From positions 25,776,026 through 25,840,025 of the forward strand of contig JAHRHZ010000043.1 of assembly GCA_024137785.1 (NCBI GenBank): a stretch of 64,000 nucleotides of DNA. The letters run 5' to 3'. The first letter of the stretch is position 1, and every line of letters starts with the position of its first letter. Of this stretch, positions 1 to 64,000 are shown piece by piece. The notes beneath the pieces are model-generated. The model was given only the letters and a program-made list of their open reading frames with translations. It ran no database searches and had not been told where the DNA came from. The DNA comes from Ginglymostoma cirratum (Eukaryota). A program made the translations under genes and the position numbers.

Positions 1-14
1 TTTCCCATGTACAG

Positions 15-63722
<63,708 letters not shown>

Positions 63723-64000
63723 GTAAATATAATGAATGGAAGAATGCTGAATTACTGTCATGTATCTAGAATTTGAAGTGACAGATCATTTCTCTAGAAG
63801 AAGGGTATAGAGACAGAGAACAAAAGCCACAGATCTCGAAGCGTGGTCCTTGGTATTGCCTTGAATCCCAGAGCTAACATTTTTATTCCACAGTGCAGTG
63901 GAAGCTGAGGTGACTTTGTGAATTGATGCTGTTTGCTCACATTAAGTGGCCAGCCAGCTTTGAGATTTAAGATTAAAATTATGTTTTCTAAGACAAGTTT

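Overview
Eukaryotic (vertebrate) genomic DNA, most likely from a cartilaginous fish, judged from its CR1/HER1-like LINEs, DeuSINE-like SINEs and Penelope-derived repeats. The whole window lies inside one plus-strand fibrillin gene. I could read 38 consecutive GT-AG, phase-1 coding exons (15..63722; 4701 nt, about 1567 codons, no stops). They run from EGF4 through cbEGF3-30, TB2-TB5 and hybrid-2, equivalent to FBN1 exons 11-48. Diagnostic residues recalled from the human paralogues point to the fibrillin-3 lineage (teleost fbn2b), but the protein keeps an FBN2-type second RGD in TB3. The introns hold decayed LINEs, SINEs, minisatellites and three assembly gaps. The most notable non-coding signal is a set of short Penelope-like insertions, several palindromic and bounded by target-site duplications, that carry minimal type-I hammerhead ribozyme motifs. 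One nearly intact motif lies on the sense strand of the pre-mRNA (4941-4981). No prokaryotic genes or CRISPR arrays were seen. Repeat boundaries are approximate; exon boundaries were read from splice sites.
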